64,000 nucleotides of DNA from Nageia nagi. Lineage: Eukaryota > Plantae > Pinophyta. The notes beneath the pieces were generated by a model. The model ran no database searches and was not told where the DNA came from. It worked only from the letters and a program-made list of their open reading frames with translations. Numbering within the stretch: the stretch's first letter is position 1; the number at the start of each line of letters is the position of its first letter. The stretch lies in NCBI GenBank assembly GCA_050084985.1, contig JBITNC010000001.1, positions 147,622,001-147,686,000 of the forward strand, given 5' to 3'. A program made the translations under genes and the position numbers. Shown here in pieces: positions 27,001-39,957 of the stretch.

Positions 27001-29150
27001 GGTCTCATTCAAGATGAGGAAGCATGATAGGCTAGACTAGATCAACACAATTTGCTTGATGAGCATCAAATTAATGTATTTGAGCATCACAAATTCTATC
27101 AAGAAAAATCAACAACAAATGTATTTGGAATGAACTTTAAGAGATAAGTTTACACCCAATTAGCTTAGTCTCTACATTACAAAGAGGAAGTTCGACAAAG
27201 ATGCATATCATTTAGCTAATTTGGAAGGACGAGAAGAGCTTGAGCCCATTAATATTATCCATCATTATCCTTTCTACACATGATTGTATTTGTGTTGCAT
27301 CTTTATCTCTGCATTTTATTTATTTTATCTTATATATTTTCATCTTATCAATCCCTTTTGTTATTTTCCAGTTAAACATGTTATCATAATCTAGTCCATC
27401 ACTAACTCTATACTAGGACATGGGGGATGCCTTACGAGTAGAAATTCTTTCATGGCTTATGTGGTTTACCATTTTTTTCTTTCATCACTTTTATTTATTT
27501 TTTATTGTATCCTTGGGAGTTGATACTAGAGCCTATTCCATCTTTTGTGGTCACCCACTAGAGTGGATTACAAGGTAGGAAAATAATCACTCATCTCCTA
27601 GCCATCAAGAGTTAAGTCCTTCATCATATTATTTTTTTCATCACCTTGTCATCATTTGCATTTCTCATTTTGTTTGGTATCATTCTTGGTTCTCATCTAG
27701 GTTAGGATCGTTGGACATTATCTATTACATTATTTAAAATAGAGAAAGTATGAACATGCATGGAAGGCAATCCCAATAAAATCCTAGATGAACTAGGTTA
27801 TTTTTGTGTCATTTATTTCCTTTCCTTTCCTTGTATTTTTATTTTATCATTATGTTATTTCATTCACTTGTTGTTTTTTCCCTTATTTTTTTATTGAGCT
27901 AGGTTTTTATGATCTAATCATATAAAACCCTTATCCATGACATCTTTGTATGTCCATTAATGTCATTCATCATACATAATATACAACTTCCCCATGAGGA
28001 TGCAACTACTTGGGTCATAGTCACTTTATCAAGTTGCCTCCACATATCATTCCTTCTGAATTGATCATAGATTGTGACTATCATAGTTTTCGAGGGAAAT
28101 CTTTATGAGATTGTATTAGTTTGATGATATTAGTGGATATTCTTAGATGATATGAGTGCCTTTGCCCTTATCATTTGCACCATTTTTTGCTCTTTGATCT
28201 TCTTATTTATTGTTTTGTCTCTCATACTATCATTTTGAGATCCCTTTTGCTCATTACCGTACATTTTTACCTCATTTTAATTTATTTTTAAAATTTTGGA
28301 TTGTTATCATTTTCTTTCAATTGCCTTTTGATTGCGTGTTTAAAAGTTGCTTAACCATGTTGACTTGGCAAACAAAATGTTTTGGTTATTACATGTTTAT
28401 ACATATAATCATACTCCATACACATTGTTGTTAGTTTTTCACTTATGTATGTTTGTTTTCCATCCAAAGTAGGTCACTTGTGCATAGTCATACCTTTGTT
28501 GTTCATAATTATTTCAAGTCTTAATTTTTTTTGGCTTGTGAATGTGTTATGTTTTATGTCATTTTATCTTAACATACCTTACCTAGTCATTGATGCCATT
28601 TGAAGATATTATTATATCTTTAGTATATGAGAAGTTCAAGTAGAAAATCTTTGTTAATATAATAAGCGATGTGCTTGTTGTAAGAATCCAATCTCATGAA
28701 AGAAAAAGTGATAAACGATCAAGGTCCAAGTTGAAGGGAAAGTCTCCTATAAATCATAATAAGAGGAGCTACTAGTATGATCCATGTAGATCTCTTAGAA
28801 TTGAGCATTGATCCTATCCTATCAGGTAGGGAAACTTCTAAGAGGCATAACTTTTCAAGTGTAGCTGCTACTATTTGATCCCATTCAAAGTATGTTGGAA
28901 AGCTTATTGTTAAGAATGGAGCCTAATAATTTTGGCTAAGTCACATTTTTAGCTCTTTGTTTTGTAATCGACATGCACATAGTTGATTTCCAGGGCCAAT
29001 CAACTGCTAGAGGCCTTTCCTACCATTCATTCATCCAATTAGCCTAGTCAGCAATGTAATGACCAATATAACAAACCCAATTAGTATGATGGAGGTCAAT
29101 CGGAAACCAAAGACAGGAAAGCTCATCTTTTACTTTTAGACACTCATTTT
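24020..29150 (+). mobile_element. Gypsy (Tat-like) 3' half: degenerate RT, RNase H, additional RNase H, integrase and 3' region
   Basis: IDYPQWMSNMVLV, DDFPLPKID, DYLDDLLAK, GIEIDPNKVKA, DGSKYEQG..TNKNVKYE, GYYWPTMEKDC and LPYALWDY. Pol ends at ~27280. Many stops. Confidence 0.92.
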
Positions 29151-29189
29151 TTGGTTCATCTAAGTTTTTAACTTGATGTTTCTATGTAT

Positions 29190-30210
29190 GGTGAATTTAT
29201 TGGTTGTAAAAGCTCCATTGGTGAGTGATAAAATAGAATGTATAAATCTATAAATAAGTGAGTTATTTATTGTAGAGTTTATGGAATAGAATGTCATGGA
29301 ACTAGGAATTGGCATAAGGTTGAGGAATAGAAAAGGAGATAAATCCTTTGAAGATAGACTATTTTTATGAATAATTATTTGTAAACCAAGAGGAATGAAT
29401 TGAAGTTTTGTTATTGGTTGTTTCCCTTGGGTTTGGCCTAGATTGATAATTAATCAAAGACTAAATATTCTTCATGGATGTAGCCTACACTATGTGAAGT
29501 ACGTTATATTATTTTTCATTTCTCACTTATTGGCATTCTTATTGTTGAATGCTTCTTCTAGGGCTTTAATAAATTAATCACCAATTATAACTTTATTTTT
29601 GTATTGGATCCTAACAATTGGTATCAGAGACAAGTTATTTTGTTGGGTACTCATTAGAAAGGAGAGAAGGGTTTCTATAGCAAGTAGGAGAAATGGCAGA
29701 AGAATGAAGGTTTAGGGTGTATAAGTTTAATGGCTAGAATTTTTAGTTTTGGAAGATGCAAATGAAGTACTAGTTGTACCAAAAGGATCTGTTCTTGCCC
29801 CTTAGTGGGGTAGCCAAGAAACCCTCAAGTATATTGCATGAGGATTGGGATTTGCTTGATAGAAAAGTGTTGGGTATAATGACGTTGTGCTTAGAATTAA
29901 TATTTTCCTTTAATATCTTCAAGGAAAAGACTACAAAAGGTGTCATGGACAAGTTGGCCATGTTGTACAGAAAACTCTCAACTTCAAATAAGGTCTTGCT
30001 CAAAAAAATATTATTTAATATGCAAATGGTTGAAAGGGATTCTATTTTGGATCACTTGAATGAGTTTATTATTATTATTAATCAATTGCATTCAATGGGT
30101 TTAGATTTTGATGATGAAGTAAGGGTTTTGTTAATATTATGTTCTTTATCAAATAGTTGGAATAGCTTGGTAATGGTGGTTAGTAATTCTACTTCTAATT
30201 TTATTAAGGT
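29190..30210 (+). mobile_element. Truncated copia element: 5' LTR, PBS(Met), gag N-terminus
   Basis: LTR end ...CCTAACA at 29616 and PBS TGGTATCAGAG at 29619-29629. Gag from ATG 29693: KFNG*NF*FWKMQM..YQKDL..DHLNEF..DDEVRVLLILCSLSNSW. Breaks off at ~30205. Confidence 0.88.
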
Positions 30211-30471
30211 ATTATCCCATGATTCTTGCATAATAAAAGAGAAAACACATGATATATGCACTTATGTCATCCCATCTAATAATAATGTAATATATAACAT
30301 GAAAATATAATATATTATCAATTAAGTAATAAGATAACTAATTTTAGATTAAAGCTATCCAAATTAGGTTTCAATAGTAATATCAAGAATCTTGTCAAAA
30401 TTCCTTTTTTTTTAGTATCCAAGCATGTAATAGCTATGGAAATTCACACCAAAAGTATTTAAAGCTTTTAT

Positions 30472-30962
30472 TGTTGGAATATATAATGCATTATTGTAAA
30501 GGTTGTATTAAATCTTTTATGTAAATTCACTAATACTTAAAGGTATCATTTGATATCTTAAGTATTTAAGTGAATATGATAATGTAACTTGTCATGAGCA
30601 TGCCCCTTGGATAAAAGGATGTGCATGTTATGCTTTTGTACATTAGATAAAAGGGTGATTTAAAGAGGGATTTTGGCCTATAAATAGAAGGCTCCCTCTT
30701 TGTGATCATGCACCAATTTGTGGAGTAAAGTTATGCTATAAGATAGAAGTGTAGGAGTTGAGATTAGGAGGATTGTAAGAGAGTTGTATTTGTGATTGAA
30801 GTAAAGATCTAGTTAGTAGATGTACTCCTAGTTAGAAGAACCACTTTACATCTTGAGTTACTTTGTGAAATTATCTTGTTTGTGAATTTTTTAGATGTGA
30901 ATGAGAGCTTTCATGTGATTTTGGTAGTTTAGGATTGTTTTCGTTATAGTTTAATTCTCACA
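30472..30962 (+). repeat. 5' LTR of copia element
   Basis: TGTTGGAAT...TTCTCACA; ~91% identical to 38988-39492 by manual alignment. Confidence 0.95.
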
Positions 30963-30964
30963 TT

Positions 30965-30976
30965 TAGTATCAGAGC
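30965..30976 (+). other. Primer-binding site (tRNA-iMet), one G>A change
   Basis: TAGTATCAGAGC vs canonical TGGTATCAGAGC, directly after the LTR. Confidence 0.9.
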
Positions 30977-33900
30977 TCCTTGAAAACTCCTCTTCACATC
31001 CTAATTTGAAAGTTCCTCTTCAACATTTTGGAGGTCTTCTTTCATCTTGGTCTTCTTCCTTTATTTTTGAGGTCTTGTTGAGGTAAACTGAAGAGAAGGT
31101 ATAAATTCCTTTCTTCTTGATTATTGTTTTTGGTCACTTCATGATATTAACATTATTTATGTTATAATTACATTTTTTTCTTAAAATTTTTTTTTGCTTA
31201 AAATAACAGTGTTATTGTTATTCAATTATTGCTACTAATTTTTTGGGTAGCTAAATTTTTTTATATTTATTGATAAAATTGCTTAAACAACAATAATGTG
31301 TTGTTATTATAGTATAAGATTGCAATTTATTTTTACCATATAGATATTGATTTTATGTTTTTTTTTAAAGGGTAAATTTTTGCAATCTTACTAAGCATCA
31401 TGTATTTTTTTAAAATTTAGCAAAAGAAAAATTAAATAGATATTTTTTTAAAAAAGAGAGGAAGTAGTTGCTTAAAAAAAAATTATATAATATTTTTTTT
31501 TTGTAGAAAATATGTTTAAATGTTCTTTTAAAAAAAATTAAACCTGTGAGGTCTTTCGATGGCCATCTTCCCCCTCTATGATGGCTATCCCTACTCAGCA
31601 TGCTATGGTAAGCCACTAGATCTATCCATGGAGGCTCACCCACCCTCTAGTATCCTCTCCACCTCTTGTCCTCATGACCAACTCCTTATGGCGAAGAAAT
31701 GAGGAGCTATCAGTCTTCTTCGATGGAGATTGAGGGATATTTTTTTGGTAATGCTTTGCCTGTATCCTATATTGAGCTCACCTCTTTGGTCCTTGCGTGA
31801 CTCCTTTGGGCCTCCTACTCACTTTTTTTCCTCTACCTAGCCACCAACTATGGGCACTACTAAGCTGCATCTCCACCCCTTCAAAATCATTGGAGAGTTA
31901 TGTTGGCCCAACCATAGGAAGACCAACCATATCAATACACCTTTCTTGCTACAAGCAATTTGGTCACCTATTGAAAAGGCCCTCACGACCCCTTAGCTCC
32001 ACCACTCGTAGCCCCTTACCACCTCCATTGTGTCATTTTCTTATCATGTCGATCTCTGACTCCTTCGTCATGATTCACAGTAAATCTCAACAGGTGAAGC
32101 TGCAACTCCATGACCTAGTCTCTTTGTTTCGTGATGGTGTCTTAGTCAATGCAAAGTTGTAAGGGTTCTTAAATAGTCTTGAATGCGGCCTAGTCTCTTT
32201 CTTGCACAACCCCTCTTCTTAGTGGCCCTTCTATAACTTCTTTGATCTGTGTGGCCCCCTTCTTCTCACCCTACTATGTTCAGATTCCATTCTGAAAGGG
32301 GAAGGCCCTCTTGGCCATTATCTCCTTGCACTTCACCCTTCATGTACCTCACATCCTATGCATAGTTCATGACTACAGTCGAGCATTCCTCTAAGCTGTA
32401 TTATGCTCCTCTGTCATTTTTTTCTCTTTCGATTGACCCCCCTCCATCGAACTCCACAACACTTGAAAATCGCATCATTTTTTTCCCAAGAAGTTGAAAC
32501 ATCATTCAGCTGACCTTTTACTCCTGCTCTTTTTTTTTCCAATTTTTTATGGTTTATATTTTTTGTTTCTCTCATGATTACTAAACATTTAATTTTTTAT
32601 GCTTACAAGTTACCTTTTTTCATTTAATGCTCTTAGTCTTATTAATTACCTCTTTAAACATATACTTAACTTCTTCCTCCTAAAAGTAACTTGAACATTA
32701 AAAAATTATTATGACTTGTACTCCAAGGTACTTAGAGTTATTTTTTTTCAAATTATTTTTGCTTAAAGAGGTATTAGCTTTAACATTGGGAGGAATTTTT
32801 TTAAGGTAAAATTTGTTTTATCTAAGAGTATATTCATCCAATTCCAATGTCTTGATCATTTTTTTAATGCTTACAAACATAAGCAATTACTTAGACCTTC
32901 TTTGATAAATCTTAGCATTTTTAGTGAAAATTGCTAAGGTAAACTAATATGCTATCTTTAGGATAAACTTTAAGTAATAAAGAAATTTTTACATAAGTTT
33001 TTTAGCATGCAAATTTTTAAAGATAAATTATTTAGTATACTACTTTGAGGGATCATTTTTTAAAGTAAAAAAAAGGGGGGAGGCGGAAATATTTTTACTT
33101 TTAGATCCTTTATGCTTAGAATGCATTTTTAGAATAATTTATTCTTCTTTTAAAGTTATGGAAATAATGCATGCTAAGTAGTTATTTCTTGAAAACCTTA
33201 TAAATATTTTACTTAATGGGAATGATGCATGCTTACTTAAATTTTTTAAAGCTATGTAAATAATGCATTTTTTTGCTTAATGATTAAAGCTTAATGCATG
33301 CTTAAGGATTCAAATTTTTTAAGTTAATGCTTAGAATTTAATTTTTTTTAAGATGCATATTTATTACTTAAGAATGGATGTTGAGTATTTATCCTTACGC
33401 AAAGTATGGAATGGATTTGTGTAAAATAAGTGATGATGTAAAGATGTCCTTTAAGAGTTGGTAAACAAAATCTATTGAACTCTTAAGATTTCAAGTTATT
33501 AAATGGATAATATTTTACTTATGCTTTTTTATTTTATGTTTCATACTTTGATTTATTTGCTTATACAAATAAAAAAATGCAAACATTGATATGAGCAACC
33601 CTCTAAAATTAACACATTCGTACGTATATTCTGCAACATGATTTGTTTGAGAAGCCATGAGGTGAGGATACATGAACTGAAGCTTTTAGATCGACGATCT
33701 AAATGATGAAAAGTTTGTACTTTTTAATTGCTCTTAAATTCTTTATTAGTATAGACATAACTCTATTAGGTGGATAGGTATGTGTGTAGTAATACCACAT
33801 ATCCGCATATCTATTCAAATATTATCCTGATAATCTAGGAGAAAAATATGAAATTTAATCAAGATTAATAATTTGCTTAATCCAATAAATGTTGAAATCT

Positions 33901-34249
33901 TAAAAAATAACTAGTACTTCTCCTTATGAGATTATATTGCTGTCCAAGGGGAACTGGTTAAGGATTGGTAGTACTTAGACTCCTCTTGTGTGGGCATCTA
34001 GGTGAAAGTTTAATTTTAGATAAGAAAATAAATCTCAACAATGTCCTTCTACATCTACGATTCTTGAGATGATAAATGCATTTGAGTACATGGGTTATTA
34101 TTTGGATTGTAAAATATTTGCATTTGTGAATCAAATTAAGCATGTCTTTAATGTTAAATGTAACATGTATTATTTATTTGATTAAAACTTAATATTTAAT
34201 ATTGTTTATTAAAACCATATGCTTATTATTTCACATTCTCATGTAGTAA

Positions 34250-37200
34250 ATGGAATAATCTTTTTTATCCAAACACATTCTTGATGGTTCCAACTATGAG
34301 ATTTGAAGTAAAAACTTTTTGACAAACAGTGAATAAGAATCTTATACCTCTTATAGATGAGAAAGTATTAGAGATTTACAACACGAAGAATGAATTAGCA
34401 ACCTCTATGATTTATCATGCAGTTTTAGATGATGTGCTCTTGATGATATCCTCTTTAATTTTAGCAAAAGAAATATGGAATAAGCTTAAGCAAATCTACC
34501 TTGGTTTAAATTTTTTAAAAAAGTTTACCATACTTCAAAAGTTATTTCAATCGCGTCAAAAGAAAGATGAAAATATTGTTATCTACTTGAAAAAAAATTA
34601 TTGATTTAAGAACCTAACTTGTTACTTATAGATGCAATTAGATCAATGATGAGTTCATGGTCTTTATCATTCTTCAAAGTCTCTCTTAAAAGTTTGAAAA
34701 CTTTGTAATAGTTATAAAAATAAAGCTTGATAATGATAAAGAAATCATCTCTTTTGAAAACTTTTCAAAGCATCTATTGAAGCATAAGGAAACTCTTAAC
34801 AATAAAAGGTTGATTTCTTCTCTTAAGAATAATAACATTGCTCTTTGAGCAACCAAAATTCTTTTCAATAAGTTCAATCATTAAAAGAAATTTTACTTTT
34901 ATTTTTTCAAATAGTTTGAGAAAAGAGGTAGTGGCTATAATAGCAATAAGAATAATAGAAATAATAATCATAGCAATAAAAATAATGGTAACAATAATCA
35001 TTTCAAGTAAAGGATGGAAAAGGTAAAGCAAACACTCTTTATCCTAAAGAAAAGTTTGATGGCAATTGTAACTATTATGGCATTCAAAGTCATAAAAAAA
35101 TTGATTATTACAAAAAGAAAAGAGAAAAAAAATATAAAAGCAATGAAAATATAAAGAGCTACAAAAGAAAGAAAAATACTCATGCTAGTTTTGCTATGAT
35201 GCTCTACTCCATGTCTTGTTCTTTTTCATCTGAATGGATTATTGATTCTAGTTGCACTAATCACCTATGCTTTGAAAAAAAAATTAAGAACTCACAAGTA
35301 TAATAAGGATGTGGTTGTGATAGGTGATAACTCTACCATTGAAGTCTAAAGAATTAAGAGTGTGTTGATTCATGAAAAGGTTCTTGAAAATATTCTTTAT
35401 GTTTCTAAATTAAAGATGAACCTTCTCTCCATAATCTAAGTTACTAGAAAAAAGTACTTTTTTGAGTTTAACTTTCAAAGCTGATGCATTAAGAAAGAAC
35501 TTATCACTTTGATTAAAGGATTTGTGAAAAATAACCTTTACATTATGGATAAAGTTCTATCGAAGATATGTCTTACTTTTAGTGTGTGTTCTAAAGGTAA
35601 TCGTTGACACCATCGTTTAAAGCATCTTAACCATAAGAGTATTCAAGTCATGAAAGATCAAGAACTTATGAAAGATTTATCTTCAATTTCTCCTTCGATT
35701 AGTCTTTGCGAGAAATGCATTCTTGGCAAGATGCATACATAAAAATTTGAAAAAGATAAGGTAATAAGAGCATCTCAATTTCTTCAACTTATGCATTTAG
35801 ATTTGATGAGTTTATTTCAAACTAAATCATTTGGAGGAGCATCTTACGTCTTAACCTTCATTGATGATTTTAGTAGAATGACCTTTAGGTATCTATTGGA
35901 GTACAAAGATCAAATTTTTAAGAGTTTTAAGGTTTTTAAAGCTTTTGTTGAGAATCAAACTAACCTTAAAATCAAGATGTTGAGATTAGATAATAGGAAG
36001 AAATATAACAGTAATGAGTTCAATGATTATTATGCTAAGTATGGAATCAAGAGATAGTTTATGATTCTTTATACTCCTCAATAGAATGGTGTTGCTGAAA
36101 AAAAAATAGAATAATCATATAAATGGTTAGATGCATGTTGGGTAATCTTCTTAAATTCTTATGGGGTGAAACTGAGCACTACTATTTACATCTTGAATAG
36201 GTGTCCCATAAAAGTTGTTCAGAGAAAAACTCTTTGAGGTATGGTTAAGAAGAAAACTTAACATTTCACACTTTAGGGTGTTTGGTTATGAACCATTCTC
36301 CTACATTATTTTTGAGAAAAGGAAAAAGTTGGATAAAAGAGCTAAAAAATGCATCTTTATGGGTTATAACAATCAACATAGAGGCTACAAGCTCTACTCT
36401 CTAACTTATAAAGTAGTGTTTGTTTCAAGCGATGTAAAGTTCAATGAACTTTTTGAAGAATCTACTTCTAACGAAAATATTGATCTAGAAGACTCTTCAG
36501 TTGTTCTTAGCTAGTTGGATATTGATGTAGACAAGTCACCTCAAGAATAAAATTCTCCAATATAAAGGGTAACAAAGAGCATGACCTTGAACAAATCCTT
36601 AATTACCAAGATTGACAACAACCATGAGCCCTTAACCTTCAAAGAAGCTTCTAAGTACGAGTGCTGAATGGAAGCCATGAAAGTGGAGTATGAGGTATTT
36701 ATAAAAAATAACACTTGGGACTTGTTTCTTTATTCCAATGAAAAGAATATAATTGGCAATAAGTGGATCTACAAAGTTAAGTTCAATTTAATTGAAGATA
36801 TTGAGAAATACAAAGCAAGGTTAGTAGCTAAAGGTTGTGCTCAGAAATACGATGTAGATTATAAGAAAACCTTTTCTCCAATGGTAAAGATCCTTACTGT
36901 AAAAGTTATCATTGCTCTTTCTACAGCTCAAGAATAGAAAGCTTTTCAACTTAATGTCAAGAGTGCATTTCTCAATGGTGATTTAGATGTGAAAATTTTT
37001 ATGAATCAACCAGAAAAGTTTATTATGGAAGGTAAAGAATCTTTTATGTACAAGATAAAGAGTCATTATATGGATTTAAACAAGCACTTAAAGCTTGATA
37101 CAGAAAGATTTCAGAATGCTTTACAAATATTAGATTCTTTAAGTATTTTTCTAACTCTGGTTTATATGTGCTCAATAAAGGAAAAGATGTGATCTTGATT

Positions 37201-38182
37201 CTTCGTTATGTGGATGATCTTTTGATTACTAAGAACAATGATTACTAAGAATAATGATGAAATAATTCAAGAGTGCATATCCAAATTTAAGGTAACGTTT
37301 GACATGATTGATCTTAATATCTTGCACTACTATCTTAGAATGTAAGTGTATCAATACAAAGATTGTACTTACCTCAGTCAATCTAAGTATATATTAGATA
37401 TCTTACAGAAGTTTGGAATGGAGAAGTATAGATATGTTGTAATCAGTCTCTCCTAAAATCACTATTTCTCTAAGCTCTAACTCTCAGCTGATGCTACAGT
37501 TTATAGGTAATTAACTAGTAGTTTGTTGTATTTGACTATATTTAAGCTTGATATTACCTTTGCTATGAATTTGATGGCATGATTCATACAAAAATCATAT
37601 TTTGAGCATTTCAATGTTGTTAAGCAAATCTTGAGGTATGTTGTAGGGACTAAGGATCTTACTCTCAAGTATTCCAAGTTGCCCTCATTTGTTCTCTTTA
37701 AATTTTCTGATTCTAACTATGGAGGAGATAGAGATGATAAGAAGTCAACATCTATATATGTGTTTAGCATTGGTTCAAGTGTTATCTCTTAGGCTTCTAA
37801 GAAGTAATCTATTATTTTTCTTTCCACCATAGAAGCTAAATATCGTGCCATGTTTATTGCAACCTAGGAAGCCATTTGGCTAAGGCATCTTTTGAAAGAA
37901 ATTAAGTATGAATAAGATGGCTCATCTTTGATTTCTTCAGATAATCAGTTGATTATTTCTTTAGCTAAAAATCTAATGTTTCATTAGAGAATAAAACATG
38001 TAGAAATCCATACTTATTTTATCAAAGAGAAGGTTCTTGATGGCATCATACACCTAGAGTATTGTCCATGCACCTTGAACTCCATTGATTTGTTCACCAA
38101 GCCCCTCTCAGAAGCTCAATTCTATAAGCTTAGGGATGCTATCAGGTTGGTGAAGTTCCCTTCAAGGAAAAGTGAAATTTGA
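34250..38182 (+). pseudogene. Degenerate copia gag-pol
   Basis: LDGSNYEI*S, CNYYGIQSHKK (knuckle), WIIDSSCTNHL (PR), H*DLMSLFQTKSFGGASYVLTFIDDFSR (INT), KYKARLVAKG and YVDDLLIT (RT), DNQ..KHVEI (RH). Confidence 0.93.
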
Positions 38183-38261
38183 ATTCTTATGTTGAATTCA
38201 TATTTGTGATGATAACTTCACCCCTATGAGGATTTTATGCTGTATAGTGTTGATTTTGTTG

Positions 38262-38525
38262 TACACTTTCATGGTAAGTTTACTCTACGTGAGGAACTTG
38301 TTATACAAATTGGCCAATCTTGCATTGTTCAATTATTCATATGTGAGAAACTCTTATATGTATTTTGGCACTATTCAGTTATCTATATATGAGGAACTCG
38401 TATGTGCATACTCTATTTTTTATCAATCTAGCACTGTTCAATTATCCATATGTGAGAAACTCTTATGTGTCTTTTGGCACTGTTTAGTTATCCATATGTG
38501 AGAAACTCGCATGTGCATGCTCTAT
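38262..38525 (+). repeat. Tandem repeats in the copia 3' UTR
   Basis: One 45-bp unit homologous to the array at 63246-63490, then four copies of GCACTGTTCA(A/G)TTATCCATATGTGAGAAACTC-like units. Confidence 0.85.
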
Positions 38526-38987
38526 TTTGTAATAATAATCAACACATATTTGTATATACAACATGTGATTATAATTTTTTGTCATGGCATCTTCGTGATG
38601 ACATATAGTGCACCATTAATTAGTTCATGATGGCATTTGTGTGATTCATATATCCTTGATATGAATATGATGCATCTAATTGATCTTGTTATTTGAGTTA
38701 CTTATGACTTGCAGGTTCCTTTGAGATTGCAGGTTACTAACCTTAAGTATGCAAGCTTTTGGAGACTCTTCATGACTTCTAGCTGGATGACTACTTTATG
38801 TACATTGAAATTATTTGTGGTTAATGATTGTATTTGGCAAAGTAGTGAGTCTCAAACTAGATCTTTTTTACTTCACAAATATGTAAAAAGTTCTTATCTC
38901 CATTGTATATGCTTGGAAGAGAACTCTCTTACTTTCTCTTCTTCATTTCTCTTACTCGCTCTATCCTAATATTGCATTAAAGGAGAG

Positions 38988-39492
38988 TGTTGGAATGTAT
39001 AATGCATTATTGTAAAGGTTGTATTAAATCTTCTATGTAAATTCACTAATACTTAAGAGTATCATTTGATACTTTAAGTATTTAAGTGAATATGATAATG
39101 TAACTTGTCCTACACTCCATGTCATGAGCATGCTTCTTAGGTAAAAGGATGTGTATGTCATGTTTTTGTATAGTGGATAAAAAGGTGATCCAAAGAGGGA
39201 TTTTTGCTTATAAATAGCAGGCTCTCTCTATGTGATCATACACCAATTTATGGAGTAAAGTTATGCTATAAGATAGAAGTGTAGGAGTTGAGATTAGGAG
39301 GATTGTAAGAGAGTTGTATTTGTGATTGAAGTAAAGATCTAGTTAGTGGATGTACTTCTAGTTGGAGGAATCATTTTACATCTTAAGTTACTTTGTGAGA
39401 TTGTCTTGTTTATAAATTTGTTAGATGTGAATGAGAGCTTTCATGTGATCTTGGTAGTTTAGGATTGTTCTTGTCATAGTTCAATTCTCACA
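38988..39492 (+). repeat. 3' LTR of copia element (PPT AAAGGAGAG at 38979-38987)
   Basis: Matches the 5' LTR and carries 14 extra bp (CTACACTCCATGTC). Confidence 0.95.
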
Positions 39493-39906
39493 TTTGTCAT
39501 CCCCAATTATAACTTATGCTTTAGTCTTTTTCAAACTTGTTTACTTGATTACCTAATTTCTAAATTCCTTTTGGTATTTTAGAAAACCACTCTATATTGA
39601 TTGTACATTGGGATTAAATATTATGTTCTTCTCTAGAAAAATATGTATCATCAACAAAAAAGTGTGAGGAGTCTTAATAATAGAACTATTTATCGAAATA
39701 TTGCCAAGGATATAAAAATAAATAGATGTGGTAATCAATTAATGATATAGGTTAACTAGGATTTGTTTTACTTATACAATCACTAATGCTATATAAATAA
39801 GAACAAAAAAGTCCTCATGTAATGATCCAATGTATATTGCATTAATATCAAAAGTGACTAAAAATTTTAAAAATTAGGGAAATATAAGTGGTCAAAAGAT
39901 TTGCTA

Positions 39907-39908
<2 letters not shown>

Positions 39909-39955
<47 letters not shown>
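39909..39955. repeat. (AT)n microsatellite
   Basis: About 23 perfect AT units. Confidence 0.98.

Positions 39956-39957
<2 letters not shown>

Larger units (their letters stand above)
30472..39492 (+). mobile_element. Full-length, decayed Ty1/copia LTR retrotransposon (~9.0 kb)
   Basis: Paired TG..CA LTRs, PBS, PPT and near-perfect 5-bp TSD (TTTAT / TTTGT). Domain order gag-PR-INT-RT-RH. Confidence 0.96.
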
